Origin: Pristiophorus japonicus
Lineage: Eukaryota
Length of the DNA stretch: 64,000 nucleotides
Direction of reading: 5' to 3'
Assembly: GCF_044704955.1 (NCBI RefSeq)
Contig: NC_091991.1
Location: 166,036,001-166,100,000 of the forward strand
The position numbers were made by a program, and so were the translations under genes. The notes under the pieces were generated by a model. That model was not told the origin of the DNA and did not search any database. It saw only the letters and a program-made list of their open reading frames with translations. The number at the start of each line of letters is the position of its first letter. The first letter of the stretch is position 1. Below, one piece after another: positions 13,421 to 26,400 of the stretch.

Positions 13421-14027
13421 GGGCTAGAAATTCAATTGGAGAGCATTTACGGCGCTAATATCGCCCAGACGCTAAATTTAGCGCCAGAAGATTTTTAGCG
13501 CCCGGGCCCAGCAAAATTCAGTTTCAGCGCCCTGAGAGTGGAGTGGAGCGCTAAGGGAAGCGTTCTACACTTCTCTTAGGGCGCTAGACTGGATGCGCAT
13601 CTGAAGATCCCGTGCTGAAGAGCTGGCAACCTAAGAGAGGCCTTCCCTGCAAAAAAACCCATCAGAACAAATTTCACAAAAAACATTCCCTATACATTAC
13701 TCACCCCAAATAAAATTACATCGCAACAAAAAAATTCAGAAAAATCAATCACACTTACCTGATGCAGTCATGCCTTCCCTTAGTACCCCGGGACATCTCT
13801 CAATGCCAGCTTTCTCTGGTAGGGTCACCGTGAGTCGCTACGGGTGGCGAGCGAATCAAAGTTTGCTTCCGTGCCGCTACCAGGGGCATTGCACACTGGC
13901 GCAACGCTCCGGGGCGATACTCCTCAATGCCGCCGGTAACCGCACACTGAAGTTGCTGAGCGGTGCTACTGCCAATACTCGCTGCCGCTAACCCTTTAGC
14001 GGCGCTATCCTACCAAATTTGTAGCCC
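13421..14027. mobile_element. PIF/Harbinger-like MITE
   Basis: TIR GGGCTAGAAATT ... AATTTGTAGCCC (11/12), 3-bp TSD AAA, interrupts CR1 coding sequence. Confidence 0.75.
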
Positions 14028-14697
14028 AAAACGTTAGCATGCAGGTACAGCAAGTAATTCGGAAGGCAAATGGAATGTTGCCCTTTATTGTGAGGGGGAT
14101 GGAGTATAAAAGTAAGGAAGTCTTGCTATAAGGGCTAAGCCATTTAGGACTGAGATGAGGAGAAATTTCTTCACTCAGAGAGTTGTTAACCTGTGGAATT
14201 CCCTACCGTAGAGAGTTGTTGATGCCAGTTCATTGGATATATTCAAGAGGGAGTTAGATATGGCCCATATGGCTAAAGAGATCAAGGGGTATGGAGAGAA
14301 AGCAGGAAAGGGGTACTGAGGTGAATGATCAGCCATGATCTTATTGAATGGTGGTGTAGGCTCGAAGGGCCAAATGGCCTACTCCTGCACCTATTTTCTA
14401 TGTTTTTATGTTAACGGTACAGGGCATTGGTGAGGCTACACCTGGAGTAATGCGTACAGTTTTGGTCTCCTTATTTAAGGAGGGACATACTTCCATTGGA
14501 AGAAGTTCAGAGAAGGTTCACGAGGTTGATTCCTGAGATGAAGCGGTTGTCTTATGAGGAAAGTGTGAGCAGGTTGGGCCTGTACTCATTGGGGTTTAAA
14601 AGAATGAGAGGTGATCTTATTGAAACATTTAAGATTCTGAGGGGGCTCGACAGGTAGATGCTGAGAGGATATTTCCCCTCGTGGGGGAATCTAGAAC

Positions 14698-15127
14698 TAC
14701 AACAACAACAACTTCTATTTATATAGTGCCTTTAGCGTAGTAAAACATTCCAAGGCGCTTCACAGGAGTGTTATATGACAAAAAAATTAATTTGACACTG
14801 AGCCACATAAGAAGAAATTACAGCAGATGACCAAAAGCGTGGTCAAAGAGGTAGCTTTTAAGGAGCATCTTGAAGGAGGAAAGAGAGGTTGAGAGGCGGA
14901 GAGGTTTAGGCAGGGAGTTCCAGAGCTTAGGGCCCAGGCAGCTGAAAGCACGGCCACCGATGATTGAGCGATTATAATCAGGGGTGCTCAAGAGGGCAGA
15001 ATTGAGAAGCTCAGATATCTTGGAGGGGGGTGGGTTGTGAGGCTGAAGGAGATTACAGAGATAGGGAGGGGTGAGGCCATTGAGGGATTTATAAACAAGG
15101 ATGAGAATTTTGAAATCGAGGCGTTGA
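14698..15127 (-). mobile_element. L2 LINE 3' fragment nested in CR1
   Basis: (CAA)n tail, TTTATATAGTGCCTTT, GACCAAAAGCGTGGTCAAAGAG. Confidence 0.8.
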
Positions 15128-16289
15128 ATCTAGGGGCCATAGTTTCAGAATAAGGGTTGAAACTAAGATGGAGATGAGGAGGAATTTCTTCTCTCAGAGT
15201 GTCGTGAATCTTTGGAATTCTCTATCCCAGAGAGCTGTGGAGGCTGGGTCATTGAATATATTCAAGATTGAGATAGACAGATTCTTGAACTACAAGGGAG
15301 TCAAGGGTTATGGGGAACAGGCAGGAAAGTGGAGTTGAGGCCAAGATTGATCAGCCATGATCTTATTGAATGGCGGAGCAGGCTCAAGGGGCCATAGGGC
15401 CTACTCCTGCTCCTATACTTATGTACTTATGTTCTTTGTGGTATAAAAACAGAAAATACACAACAGGCTGAACACAATAAAAAAGTGAAAAAAACATGTT
15501 AAAGTTTTGGATATTGACCCTTTGTCAGAACAAATTACTAAAAGATAGAAAGAACTTTCATTTCTATAGCACCTGTGATGATCTCAGGGTGTCCCAAAGC
15601 ATTTTACAGCCAATGAAATGCTTTTGAAGTGGAGTCACTATTGTAATGTTAACCTGATTGTCTCTTTTCAGATTCTGACTGGCTGTGTATTTTCAGCATT
15701 TTCTCATTTGATTTCAGATTTTCAGCATTTGATCGCCCCTGATCGTCTTCTCAGCCATCCCCTCTCTCCCCCTCCTCCCCATCATTCTCCAGGCTGGTCC
15801 TGTTCTCTCCCTCGCCCCTGCCCCCCGATCGTTCTCCAGGCCCACAATGTTCTCTGCCTCCCCACCGATCACCCCCCGGCCCCCAATGTTCTGTACAATG
15901 CCATGGTGAAGTCTTAGTAGATATTGGTCTGTTGATTGCATTGGTAGCAGTAGGACCAATTTGAATTGATGCATTACCATAGAAGTATATTGACGCAATT
16001 TTAAAGCATACTGACTCGAGAAGAATTTTTCATGTACTTTATTGGTACCGGTACGCCAGGTGACAATTCAGTGCAATGTTTCAGCTCATAGGAAACACTG
16101 TGAACATGGGTTAAACGTTAAGGGAGAAATTATGGATTAGAACAAGGATAGGACAGAAGTTATCAATCATAATACAATATCCTTTGACATTTCTCAAGCA
16201 TCAAATGAGGCTCTTAATCGGTATAATTACAAACATTTGGTGATCCAGCTATTGAGTGCACAATGCTTGTGTATAATAATCCCATTTAC

Positions 16290-16680
16290 AACAACAAGTT
16301 TCATTTATATGGCACTGTTAACTTAGAAAAACCCACAGAAGTGTGAAGAAAATATTCACTGAAACTAAAGAAGAGAAATTAGGAGGAGTGTTTGGTCCAA
16401 GAGGTGGGTTTTAAAGAGGCTCTTAAAGGAGTAGTGTGAGGTGGAGAGGTGTGGGGTGGTTTAGGAAGGGAATTCCAGAGCACGAAGCCTTGGCAGCTAA
16501 AGGTACAACCACCAGTGTTGGGACAAAAGAAAAGGGAATGCACAGGAGGCCAGAGTAACAGAGTGTTCAGAGGGTTTGAAAGGCTGAAGGAAGTTACAGA
16601 GCTTGGGCGGGGCAGGGCCATGGAGGGGCAAAAATTTTACATTTGAGAAACCAGGAGCAATAATGAGTATCTTGGACTGA
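16290..16680 (-). mobile_element. L2 LINE 3' fragment
   Basis: ACAACAAGTTTCATTTATAT...GGAATTCCAGAGC; homologous to 14698-15127. Confidence 0.7.
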
Positions 16681-17847
16681 GTGTGGGTAGGATGTAGACA
16701 GCAGAGGGTGGAGGGCGAGAGCTTGGCCAAGAGGGAATTGATTGGGGGATGATAAAGGCATGGACGAGGGTTTCACCAGCAGATGGGCTGAAGTTGGGGT
16801 GGAAGTGGGAAATGGTGAATGGAGGCGGTCTCTGTTATCGAGAAGATATGGAAAGTACTTTGATCTGTATAATGCCATGGTCTTGGTAGATATTGGTCAT
16901 TGATTGCATTGGTAGCATTAGGAGCAATTTGAATTGATGCATTAACATAGAAGTATATTGACAAAATTTTGAAGCATGCAGACTCGAGAAGAATTTTTCA
17001 TGTACTATATTGGTATCAGTACACCAGGTGACAACACTAACCTCCTATAACTGTCACATTAACTAAGGGTGAGGCTCAATGACTCGAAGACAGTACTATC
17101 TGAAAGAGACTCCAGAACTTTGCTCCATGAGCCATTAGTAATGGGCCATTGACAGTGTTAATCTTATTCCTGTGCTGCTTAGAATAATGGTTTCCTCAGG
17201 CACGTAAGAAATTAATTACTAGTTTGAAATACTTCAACCAAAATCCATTTAGCCATTTTCCAAATATAATTTGAAGCAAATTTTAACAAACATACACTTT
17301 ATAAGAAAGCGTACATTTAAAAGATTAATGTGTTGGTATCTGAAGGGGAAATTACCCCACTGAGTGCTGAAAACATAATCCAGAGAAAATCTTTGTTATG
17401 CTTGGATCTGGAATATTCCTGCCAATGTTTTCCCTGGATGAGGAATTGTACATAACAAAGCTACATAGGAAGTGATGTGTATCGCTGGAATTCCACTCAT
17501 ATCATATTTATGCTTACTTTGGTCAACGTGAGCCCAAGGAGTGCCCACTGGAATGTCAGAATCTACTACTAAACTAGGCCAGACATCAGCAATTTAAACC
17601 AACAATAACTTGCATTTATACAGTGTACATTCATGTAAAAACATAGCTCACTTTATAAGGGGAAGAGAATATGCTGAGCAGCGTACATGGAAAATTAAGG
17701 GAGAGGAAACTAAAGGCATGGTTCAAGAAGTAGGCTTTTTTTCTGTAGTCTTATTCTTTCATTCACCATTGTAGTACTGACTTCCAAACCTCCTAACTCG
17801 TGGAGATCAGCACACAAGTCTATTCATAGTCACTAATGTGCGACTGT

Positions 17848-18018
17848 CATCATAGGCAATCCCTCAAAATCGAAGAAGACTTGCTTCCACTCTAAAGGTG
17901 AGTTCTCAGGTGACTGAACAGTCCAATACGGGAATTACAGTCTCTGTCACAGGTGGGACAGACAGTCGTTGAAGGAAAGGGTGGGTGGGGAGCCTGGTTT
18001 GCCGCACGCTCCTTCCGC
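17848..18018 (-). mobile_element. Short 5'-truncated RTE insertion
   Basis: CATCATAGGC tail; 9-bp TSD TGCGACTGT at 17839-17847 and 18019-18027. Confidence 0.85.
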
Positions 18019-18369
18019 TGCGACTGTGACATGACATCAGTAGTTGCTGCTACTGTCCCACCTCTGCTGCTCTACCATTTTACAGAGATTTGAACTTTAT
18101 TTATTAGTTGAAATGGATTGGAAATGAAAGAGAATTGCCAACATAAATACCAGGGCTGGTTTGTTCCTGGATAACCCCTTTAGTGGAATAGCTATTTTGT
18201 TACTTAACCTACTTTTAGTGTAATTCTCCCCGATGCCCTGGTGGGTGAGGGTGCCATTAGGTGCAGTACTGAGACATACTGAGAGGTCCCAGGCTTGGTT
18301 CCAAGTCTGTCTGCTTCGGCTGACCTCAGTTGTGGAAGCCACTGGACATCAAAGAAAAAAATCAGCCAA

Positions 18370-19668
18370 GGAGTACTGTGTCCACTTCTGGGCACCACAC
18401 TATAGGAAGCATGTTTAGGACTTGAAGAGGGTGCAGAGGAGATTTGCCAGAATGGTACCAGGGATAATGGACTTCAGTTATGCGGAGGGACTAGAGAAGC
18501 TGAGATTGTTCTCCTTAGAGCAGAGAAGATTAAGGGCACATTTAATGGAGGTATTCAAAATTAAGAGGGTTTTGATAGAGTAAATAGGGAGAAACAGTTT
18601 CCAATGACAGGAGGGTCAGTAACCAGAGGACACAGATTTCAGATAATTGACAAAAGAATGAGGGAGAAGATGAGAAGACATTGCGGCCGAAATTCAGATG
18701 CATCAGAAAGTTGGCGTACCTTTGAGTTTTAACTGGTACTCACCGCTGGAATTCTTGGACTTTTCAGGACTTTGCGTGTGCATGTGCACCATCACTCTCT
18801 CTCTCCTCCGTTAAAGGGGAGAGATTCGATCGTTTTTTTAACTTTGGCCACTGGGCCACCAGGGAGGGTTTCAGCCGGGCCAGCGGCCTGCCACACAAGA
18901 GGGGGTGCTAGACTGCCCGTTGGTGGCCGGCCGAACCCGGGGGGCAATATTTTGACGGCTGACCGGCAAGTCGGCTGGCAAATATTCTTCCATTGCGGCT
19001 GCCGCAGTGGGCCCTCCCCTTTAGGGGCGGTCACGCTGCCGGGCTGCACACAGTCTGCAGTGGGTGCACCAGCAGAAAAACCTGCCGGGGGCACCGCGCG
19101 GCAGGTGATCAAGGGATTCAGCTGAATATGGCTGGTAAGTAGTTTTTTCTTGCTTTGAAATGGGACTGCAACTACTTGGGCAGAATGGGGTCCAGGCCGA
19201 AAAACCCCTGACCTGGATTTAGGTTGGGTTGGCCTGTTGACCCCAAAGCGGCGGCCATTCGATTTTTAGGAATGGTCGCCGCAAATGGAATGTCGGATCC
19301 ATTATTTTTACGCGGCAGTCCTGCCCGAAAGGGTGGTGGAAACAGGTTCAATTTTGACTTTCAATTGGATAAATACTTGAAAAGGAAACATTTTCAGGGC
19401 TATGGCGAAAGAGCAAGGGAGTGGGACTTCTTGGATAGCTCTTCATATGATGTTCACACATACTTCCAACAGGGTGATAGGATTGGGATTCGTTGTGAAA
19501 AAAATGCCTGTTTCATTGGCTAGATTAGTTAGTCTTGCATAGGTTGCAGAATTATATATTTCTGTGAACCTCATAAATAAAGGTAAAATGGTTATGATGG
19601 TATAACAAATACCAATGCATTTTACATGATGGGCCGAATGGCCTCCTGTACTGTATCATTCTATGGTT
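18370..19668 (+). mobile_element. CR1 3' fragment interrupted by a GC-rich MITE-like insert (~18683-19350) and a duplicated segment (19440-19625)
   Basis: EYCVHFWAPHYRK, LEKLRLFSLEQRRL; tail GGGCCGAATGGCCTCC...ATTCTATG. Confidence 0.65.
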
Positions 19669-19924
19669 GATCATTATCCAGTGATCCCTGGTAGAAAATG
19701 AATGTGTCTGAATCTTGCTTGAGAACAAGATCAAACTCAGCTGTGATAGTCCTGGTCAACACTCACTGCCTAGACTCCTACATGAAGAATGGTTAAGTGG
19801 GCAAGGTACCAAAGTTATAGCTAAACCCTGCATGAGACATCAACCATCCGGACTCCATGGCTTGGTATCTGTTCCTCTATCTATCACCACTGTGCAGCAC
19901 CTTGGGGCATTTTCTGATGTTAAT

Positions 19925-20465
19925 CATCATCATAGGCGGTCCCTCGTGTTGGGGATGACTTGCTTCCACACCAAAAAGGGATAAGTTCGCAGGTGTTTCA
20001 GTGAAGGACCTAATATTCCAGGTCCTGAACTACATGTTGAAGGGTGGAAGATGCCTGTGCTTGGATTTTTTTAACGTGTGGTGGCCATTGCACACCAGCC
20101 ACCACACGGGCTTCACAGAGCTAGGTCTTGGTCCAGTGGACCAGCTCTGCTGCGCGGACCTAGTGCGCACACATATCGCAGTGTGGGCTGGCCCGTGCTG
20201 CCCCTGGGCCCTCGCCTCTTCTGGGCCCTGAACTCACACTTCTCCTGGGCCCCGATCACATCGCTCTGCAATCTCTCGCCACTCCTTCGCCCTGACCTCG
20301 CCACTTCTGCTGTAACCGTCCATGCTCCAATCAGCAACCTTGTTTATGGTGACGTCCAATCCAGTCGCACTCTTCACAGCCGTCGCCCTCCTGCACCAGC
20401 TCGCGCTGCAACTTGAAGTGGTCCCGACCTGCTGATGGTCCTTGCAGGTCGGGATCACCGTGCCG
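19925..20465 (-). mobile_element. Non-autonomous bipartite RTE-derived element, copy 2
   Basis: Collinear with 12177-12740 over about 500 bp. Confidence 0.75.
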
Positions 20466-20589
20466 AAACACAAGTCACAAAGTAGCAACACGGACAATAA
20501 AGCCATAAAACAGCAAACAAAGCACTGGGGGTCACTTCTAGCGGGATAGAACTGAAAAGCAGAGAAGTTGTATTACACGTGTATATATA

Positions 20590-20949
20590 CAGGTGGAACC
20601 TCCCTTATCTGGAACCCTTGGGACCTGGCCTGTTCTGGATTAGGAATTTTTCCGGAGGGGTGGTCATGTTAAATTGGATGGTACAGGTACTGAGCAAGGG
20701 GATATCGGGGCTGGCTGGCTTGGGGCTGGGAGTGCGGCAGAGAGATAATGGCGGAGGAGGGGGGGAGATAGTGGAGCGTGGGGTCAGGCCAGCGATTGCA
20801 AGAGTCGGCAGCGAGGAAGGACTTCAATTTGTTCATGTCGGAGTTCTGCGCATGCGCCACTCGGTGGCCAAGTATGGTTCTGGACGAGGGGTGGTTCCGG
20901 ATAAGGGAGTTCTGGATAAGAGAGTTCTGGATAAGGGAGGTTCAACCTG
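20590..20949. mobile_element. Tc1/mariner-pogo (Tigger-like) MITE
   Basis: TA|CAGGTGGAACCTCCCTTATC ... GATAAGGGAGGTTCAACCTG|TA: 20-bp TIR (19/20) with TA TSD; subterminal GGATAAGGGAG repeats. Confidence 0.85.
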
Positions 20950-21004
20950 TACTTTGGTTAGACCACACTTGGTATACTGTGAGTTCCACATTCTATTCAC
21001 TCAC

Positions 21005-21900
21005 TAGGTAAATAAGTTTCTCCTGAATTCCCTATTGGATTTATTCATGACTATTTTATATTTATAGCCCCTAGTTCCAGGCTCGCCCATAACTGGAAAC
21101 ATCTTCTCTACGTCTGACCTATCAAACCCCTTCATAATTTTAAAGACCTCTAATCAGCTCACCTCTCTGGCATCTCTTTTTCAGAGAAAAGGGCCCCAGC
21201 CTGTTCAGCCTTTCCTGGTAGTTTCCCCGGGCTGGAGAGTCGAGAACCAGGGGATCACAGTCTCAGGATAAGGGGTTCGGCCATTTAAGACTGAGATGAG
21301 GTGGAATTTCCTCATTTAGAGGGTGGTGAATCTTTGGAATTCTCTGCCCAGAGGGCTGTGGATGCTGAATCGTTGAGTATATCCAAGTCTGAGATCGATA
21401 GATTTTTGGACTCGAGGGGAATCCTGGGATATGGAGATCGGGCGGGAAAGTGGAGTTGAGGTCAAAGATCAGCCACGATCTCACTGAATGGCGGAGCAGG
21501 CTCGAGGGGCCGTATGGCCGACTCCTGCTCCTAATTCTTATGTTCAGATTAGAGGCAGGAAGAATGTTCCCGTTGCTGGGGAGTTCCAGAACCAGTGGTC
21601 ACAGTATAAGAATAAGGTGTAAGCCATTTAGGACCGAGATGAGGAGAAACTTCTTCACTCAGAGAATGGTTAACCTGCGGAATTCTCTACCACAGAAAGT
21701 TGTTGAGGCCAGTTCATTAGATATATTCAAAAGGGAGTTAGATATGGCTCTTACGGCTAAAGGGATCAAGAGGTATGGAGAGAAAGCAGGAAAGGGGTAC
21801 TGAGGTTGAATAATCAGCCATGATCTTATTGAATGGTGGTGCAGGCTCGAAGGGCAGAATGGCCTACTCCTGCACCTATTTTCGATGTTTTTATGTTTTT
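21005..21900. mobile_element. Cluster of CR1 3' fragments (one minus, two tandem plus)
   Basis: FRTEMRRNFFTQRMVNL, CR1 3'UTRs and tails. Confidence 0.8.
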
Positions 21901-22148
21901 ATCTGTAGTTATTCACATCACCACTACATTCTGAGCTACTTTGTATTAAGTGTCGTATCGCCAATTCACTGTAACCTTCATCAACGAGTATATTCCTTGC
22001 ACAGTTATTGATATGTCTGAAGCAATAAGGGACAAGCATGTTAAGCAGCAGAGAATAAATGTCTGTAGCAGCCAAACTGTTCGGAAATGTGGAAAACCCT
22101 CCCTAAGCTTCTCTGCCTCTCTCTCCTCCTTTAAGGCGCTCCTTAAAG

Positions 22149-22682
22149 TGTCAGCTGTGGCTCAGTGGGCAGCACTCTCGCCTGAGTCAGAAGGTTGTGG
22201 GTTCAAAGCCCACTCCAGGAACTTGAGCACAAAAATCTAGGCTGACACTCCCAGTGCAGTACTGAGGGAGCGCCGCACTTTTGGAGGGGCCGTGCTGAGG
22301 GAACACTGCACTGTCGGAGGGACAGTACTGAGGAAGCGCTGCACTGTCGCAGGGGCAGTACTGAGTAAGCGCCACACTGTCGGAGGGGCAGTGCTGAGGA
22401 AGTGCCGTCTTTCGGATGAGACGTTAAACCGAGGCCTCGTCTGCCCCCTCACCCGGATGTAAAGGATCCCACGGCACTATTTTAATCCCTAAATCAACAT
22501 AACAAAAACAGATTATCTGGTCATTATCACATTGCTGTTTGTGGGAGCTTGCTGTGCGCAAGTTGGCTGCCCCATTTCCCACATTACAACAGTGACTACA
22601 ATTCAAAAGTACCACATTGGCTGTAAAGCGCTTTGAGACGTCCGGTGGTCATGAAAGGCGCTATATAAATGTAAGTCTTTCC
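22149..22682 (+). mobile_element. Near full-length SacSINE1/DeuSINE-type SINE with internal ~33-bp tandem expansion
   Basis: A/B-box-like TGGCTCAGTGG and GGTTCAAAGCCC; Deu-domain-like TTAAACCGAGGCC...AAAGGATCCC; L2-like tail GGCGCTATATAAATG. Confidence 0.85.
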
Positions 22683-22685
22683 TTT

Positions 22686-22850
22686 TTACCTCACACTTCT
22701 CCGGATTGAATTCCATCTGCCACTTTTCTGCCCACTTGACCAGTCCATTGATATCTTCCTGCAGTCTACAGCTTTCTTCCTCACTATCAACCACACAACC
22801 AATTTTTGTATCATCTGCAAACTTCTTAATCATATCCCCTGCATTCAAGT
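22686..22850 (-). mobile_element. CR1 RT fragment
   Basis: KFADDTKIGCVVDSEEESCRLQEDINGLVKWAEKWQMEFNPEKCEV. Confidence 0.85.
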
Positions 22851-23254
22851 CTAATGGCCCGAAATTGATGGCCTTACCACCCACTACCGCTCACTACATT
22901 ACAACAGAGACTGCACTCCAAAAGTACTTCATTGGCTGTAAAGCACTTTGTGATGTTCGACAGTCGTGAAAGATGCTATATAAATGCAAGTCTTTCTTTC
23001 TGAGAAACCTACATCTTTGACCAAGCTTTTGGTCACCTATCCCAATGTCACCATATTTGACAAATTGTAAGAGGATAACATTTAAATTAACTAAGTAGAG
23101 GATGCCAACATTAAAAAGATCTGAAGTGCATTAAATAAAAATCTGGTACACAAGTAATAAATGGGAAGAAATGGGAAACTAAACTAAAATCACATCTATA
23201 ACATAAGTGACATATATAAAACGTAAGTAGATAGACTTTTAAGCAAAATGATGG

Positions 23255-23379
23255 ATCCTGTGTCATGCGGGAACTCCAGGACACTGCATTAGTCCTGGGT
23301 AACTGCATGTCCAGGATGTGCCTCCAGTTGCTCGAACTCCAGCTTAGGGTTTCTGAGCTTGAGTGGTTGGAGTCACTGC
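23255..23379 (+). mobile_element. CR1 ORF1 fragment
   Basis: MRELQDT..LGNCMSRMCLQLLELQLRVSELE resembles the CR1 ORF1 zinc-finger/leucine-zipper region. Confidence 0.55.
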
Positions 23380-23439
23380 AAATCCACACACCGGCATCAT
23401 CCGCCCTTCAACATGTAGTTCGGGTCCTTCATTCGAAAC

Positions 23440-26400
23440 TGTTGTGTATCTGTAAAGCATGCACTCCCATGTTCTGCCACCAGGGAGTGCATCCCCTAAA
23501 GTCCCAAGGGATCCCAGCATCCCTTGGGAGCACTGTATATAAGCCGGTCCCTAAGGCCTGTTCCTCACTCTGGAGTGTCTTAATAAAAACTGAGGTCACT
23601 GTTACTTTAACCTCCCTGTGTGCAGTCTCATCTGTGTTCGGAACACAATAACTGGCGACGAGTATACGAATCCAACGCAAAGATGCAGCAAACTATGGGC
23701 ATCCTGGAGAAGTTCTCGGAGGGTGAGGACTGGGAAGCCTATGTCGAACTGCTAGACCAGTACTTTGTAGCCAACGAGCTGGACGGAGAATGAAGCACTG
23801 CAAAAAGGAGAGTGGTCCTCCTCACGGTCTGCGGAGCACCGACCTACAGCCTCATGAAGCATCTTCTGCCTCCGGTGAAACCCACAGATAAGTCGTATGA
23901 GGAGCTGTGTACACTGGTTCGGGAGCATCGTAACCCGATGGAGAGCGTGCTGATGGCGAGGTATTGGTTCTACACATGCCAGCGATCTGGAGGTCAGGAA
24001 GTGGCGAGCTACGATGCTGAGCTAAGGCGACTTGCAGGACAATGTGAGTTTGATGGCTACCTGGAGCAAATGCTCAGAGACTTTTTTGTACTGGGCTTTG
24101 GCTACGAGACCATCCTACAAAAACTTTTGACTGTAGAGACACTGACCCTCAGTAAGGCCATTGCGATAGCACAGGCGTTTATGTCCACCAGTGATAACAC
24201 CAAACAAATCTCTCAGCACACAATGGAACTGTGTTTGCGAGCAGAAATGTACAGGGCAGAAACCATGAGTCTGCAACTGCCAGCAGGCCTCAGGTGACCC
24301 AGATGACTCAGAGTCCGCAACAAAGGATGAATGCAAGGCAATTCACACCTTGTTGGTGTTGTGGAGGCTTCCATTCAGCCTATTCATGCCACTTCAAAGG
24401 GTATGTTTGCAGGAGCTGTGGAACAATGGGGCAACTCCAACGAACTTGCAGATGAGCTGCAGGCTCTGCCAAACCCACGTGGCAGAGGAAGATGGATCCA
24501 TGCTGGATCAAAGCAATTCCGAGCCTCAGACAGAGGAGGCAGATGCTGAAGTACACGGGGTGCACACATTTTCGACGCAATGTCCACCTATAATGCTAAA
24601 TGTAAAATTGAATGGCTTATCCGTAGCCATGGAACTGGACACTGGCACTAGCCAATCCATCATGAGTAAAAAGATGTTTGAGATACTGTGGTGCAACAAG
24701 GCACTCAGACCAGCCCTGAGCCCTATCCATACGAAACTGAGAATGTACACCAAAGACCTTATCACTGTCCTGGGCAGCGCCATGGTCAAGGTCACCTACG
24801 AGGGCACGGTGCACGAACTGCCACTCTGGATTGTCCCGGGCGATGGCCCCACACTGCTTGGAAGGAGCTGGCTAGGCAAAATCTGCTGGAACTGGGATGA
24901 CATCCGAGCGCTATCACATGTCGATGAGGCCTCATGTACCCAGGTTCTTAACAAATTTCCTTCTCTTTTTGAGCCAGGCATTGGAAACTTTTTCGGGGCG
25001 AAGGTGCAGATCCACTTGGTCCCAGAGGCATGACCCATTCACCACAAGGCGCGAGCGGTACCTCACATGATGAGGGAGAGAGTGGAAATCGAGCTGGATA
25101 GACTGCAATGCGAGGGCATCATCTCCCCAGTGGAATTCAGCGAGTGGGCCAGCCCGATTGTTCCAGTACTCAAAAGTGATGGTACGGTCAGGATTTGCAG
25201 CGATTATAAAGTAACTATTAATCATTTCTCGCTACAGGACCAATACCCGCTGCCCAAGGCAGACGACCTATTTGCGACGCTGGCAGGAGGCAAGACGTTC
25301 ACCAAGCTCGACCTGACTTCGGCCTACATGACGCAGGAGCTGGAGGAGTCTTCGAAGAGCCTCACCTCCATCAACACGCACAAGTGACTGTTCATCTACA
25401 ACTGATGCCCGTTTGGAATTCAGTCGGCTGCAGCGATCTTCCAGAGAAACATGGAGAGCCTACTCAAGTCGGTACCACGCACGGTGGTTTTTCAGATCGA
25501 CATATTCGTCACGGTCGGGACACTTAAGAGCTCCTGCAAAACCTGGAGGAGGTCCTCCAGCGACTGGATCGCATAGGGCTGTGGCTGAAGAGGTCGAAAT
25601 GCGTCTTTATGGCAATAAAAGTGGAGTTTTTGGGGAGAAAGATCGCGGCGGACGGCATTCGGCCCACAGACGCCAAGACAGAGGCTATCAGGAATGCGCC
25701 CAGACCACAGAACGTCACGGAGCTGCGTCCGTTCCTGGGACTCCTCAACTATTTTGATAACTTCCTACCGGGGTTAAGCACCCTCTTAGAGCCCCTACAT
25801 GTGTTATTGCGTAAAGGTGAGAACTGGGTATGGGGAAAAAAACCAAGTAATTGCTTTTGAGAAAGCCAGAAACATTTTATGCTCCAAACAAGCTGCTTGT
25901 ATTGTATAACCCCTGTAAAAGACTTGTGGTAGCATGTGATGCATCGTCGTACGGAGTCGGGTGTGTATTACAACAAGCTAACGTTGCGGGGAAGTTGCAA
26001 CCTGTCGCCTATGCCTCCAGGAGCTTGTCTAAGGCCAAGAGGACTTACAGTCTGATTGAGAAAGAGGCATTAGCGTGTGTGTTCGGGGTAAAGAAAATGC
26101 ATCAAATTTGAGCTGGAAACTGATCACAAGCCCCTCATATCCCTGTTCGCTGAAAACAAGGGGATAAATACTAATGCCTCAGCCCGCATACAAAGGTAGG
26201 CACTCGCGCTATCAGCGTATAGCTATACCATCCACCACAGGCCGGGCACCGAGAACTGTGCGGATGCTCTCAGTCGGCTACCATTGCCCACCATGGGGGT
26301 GGAAATGGCGCAGCCTGCAAACTTGTTGATGATGGCGCAGTCCGCAGACTTATTGATGGTCATGGAAACGTTTGAAAAAGATAAATCACCTGTCACGGCC

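Larger units (their letters stand above)
13290..15435 (+). mobile_element. CR1 LINE 3' part carrying three nested insertions
   Basis: KCEVIHFGRKN, LVRLHLE, RMRGDLIET motifs and CR1 3'UTR; interrupted at 13421-14027, ~14132-14411 and ~14698-15127. Confidence 0.8.

Noticed and set aside
22149-22220. tRNA gene
   Set aside because: tRNA-derived SINE head continuing into SINE body and tail; the same applies to other copies
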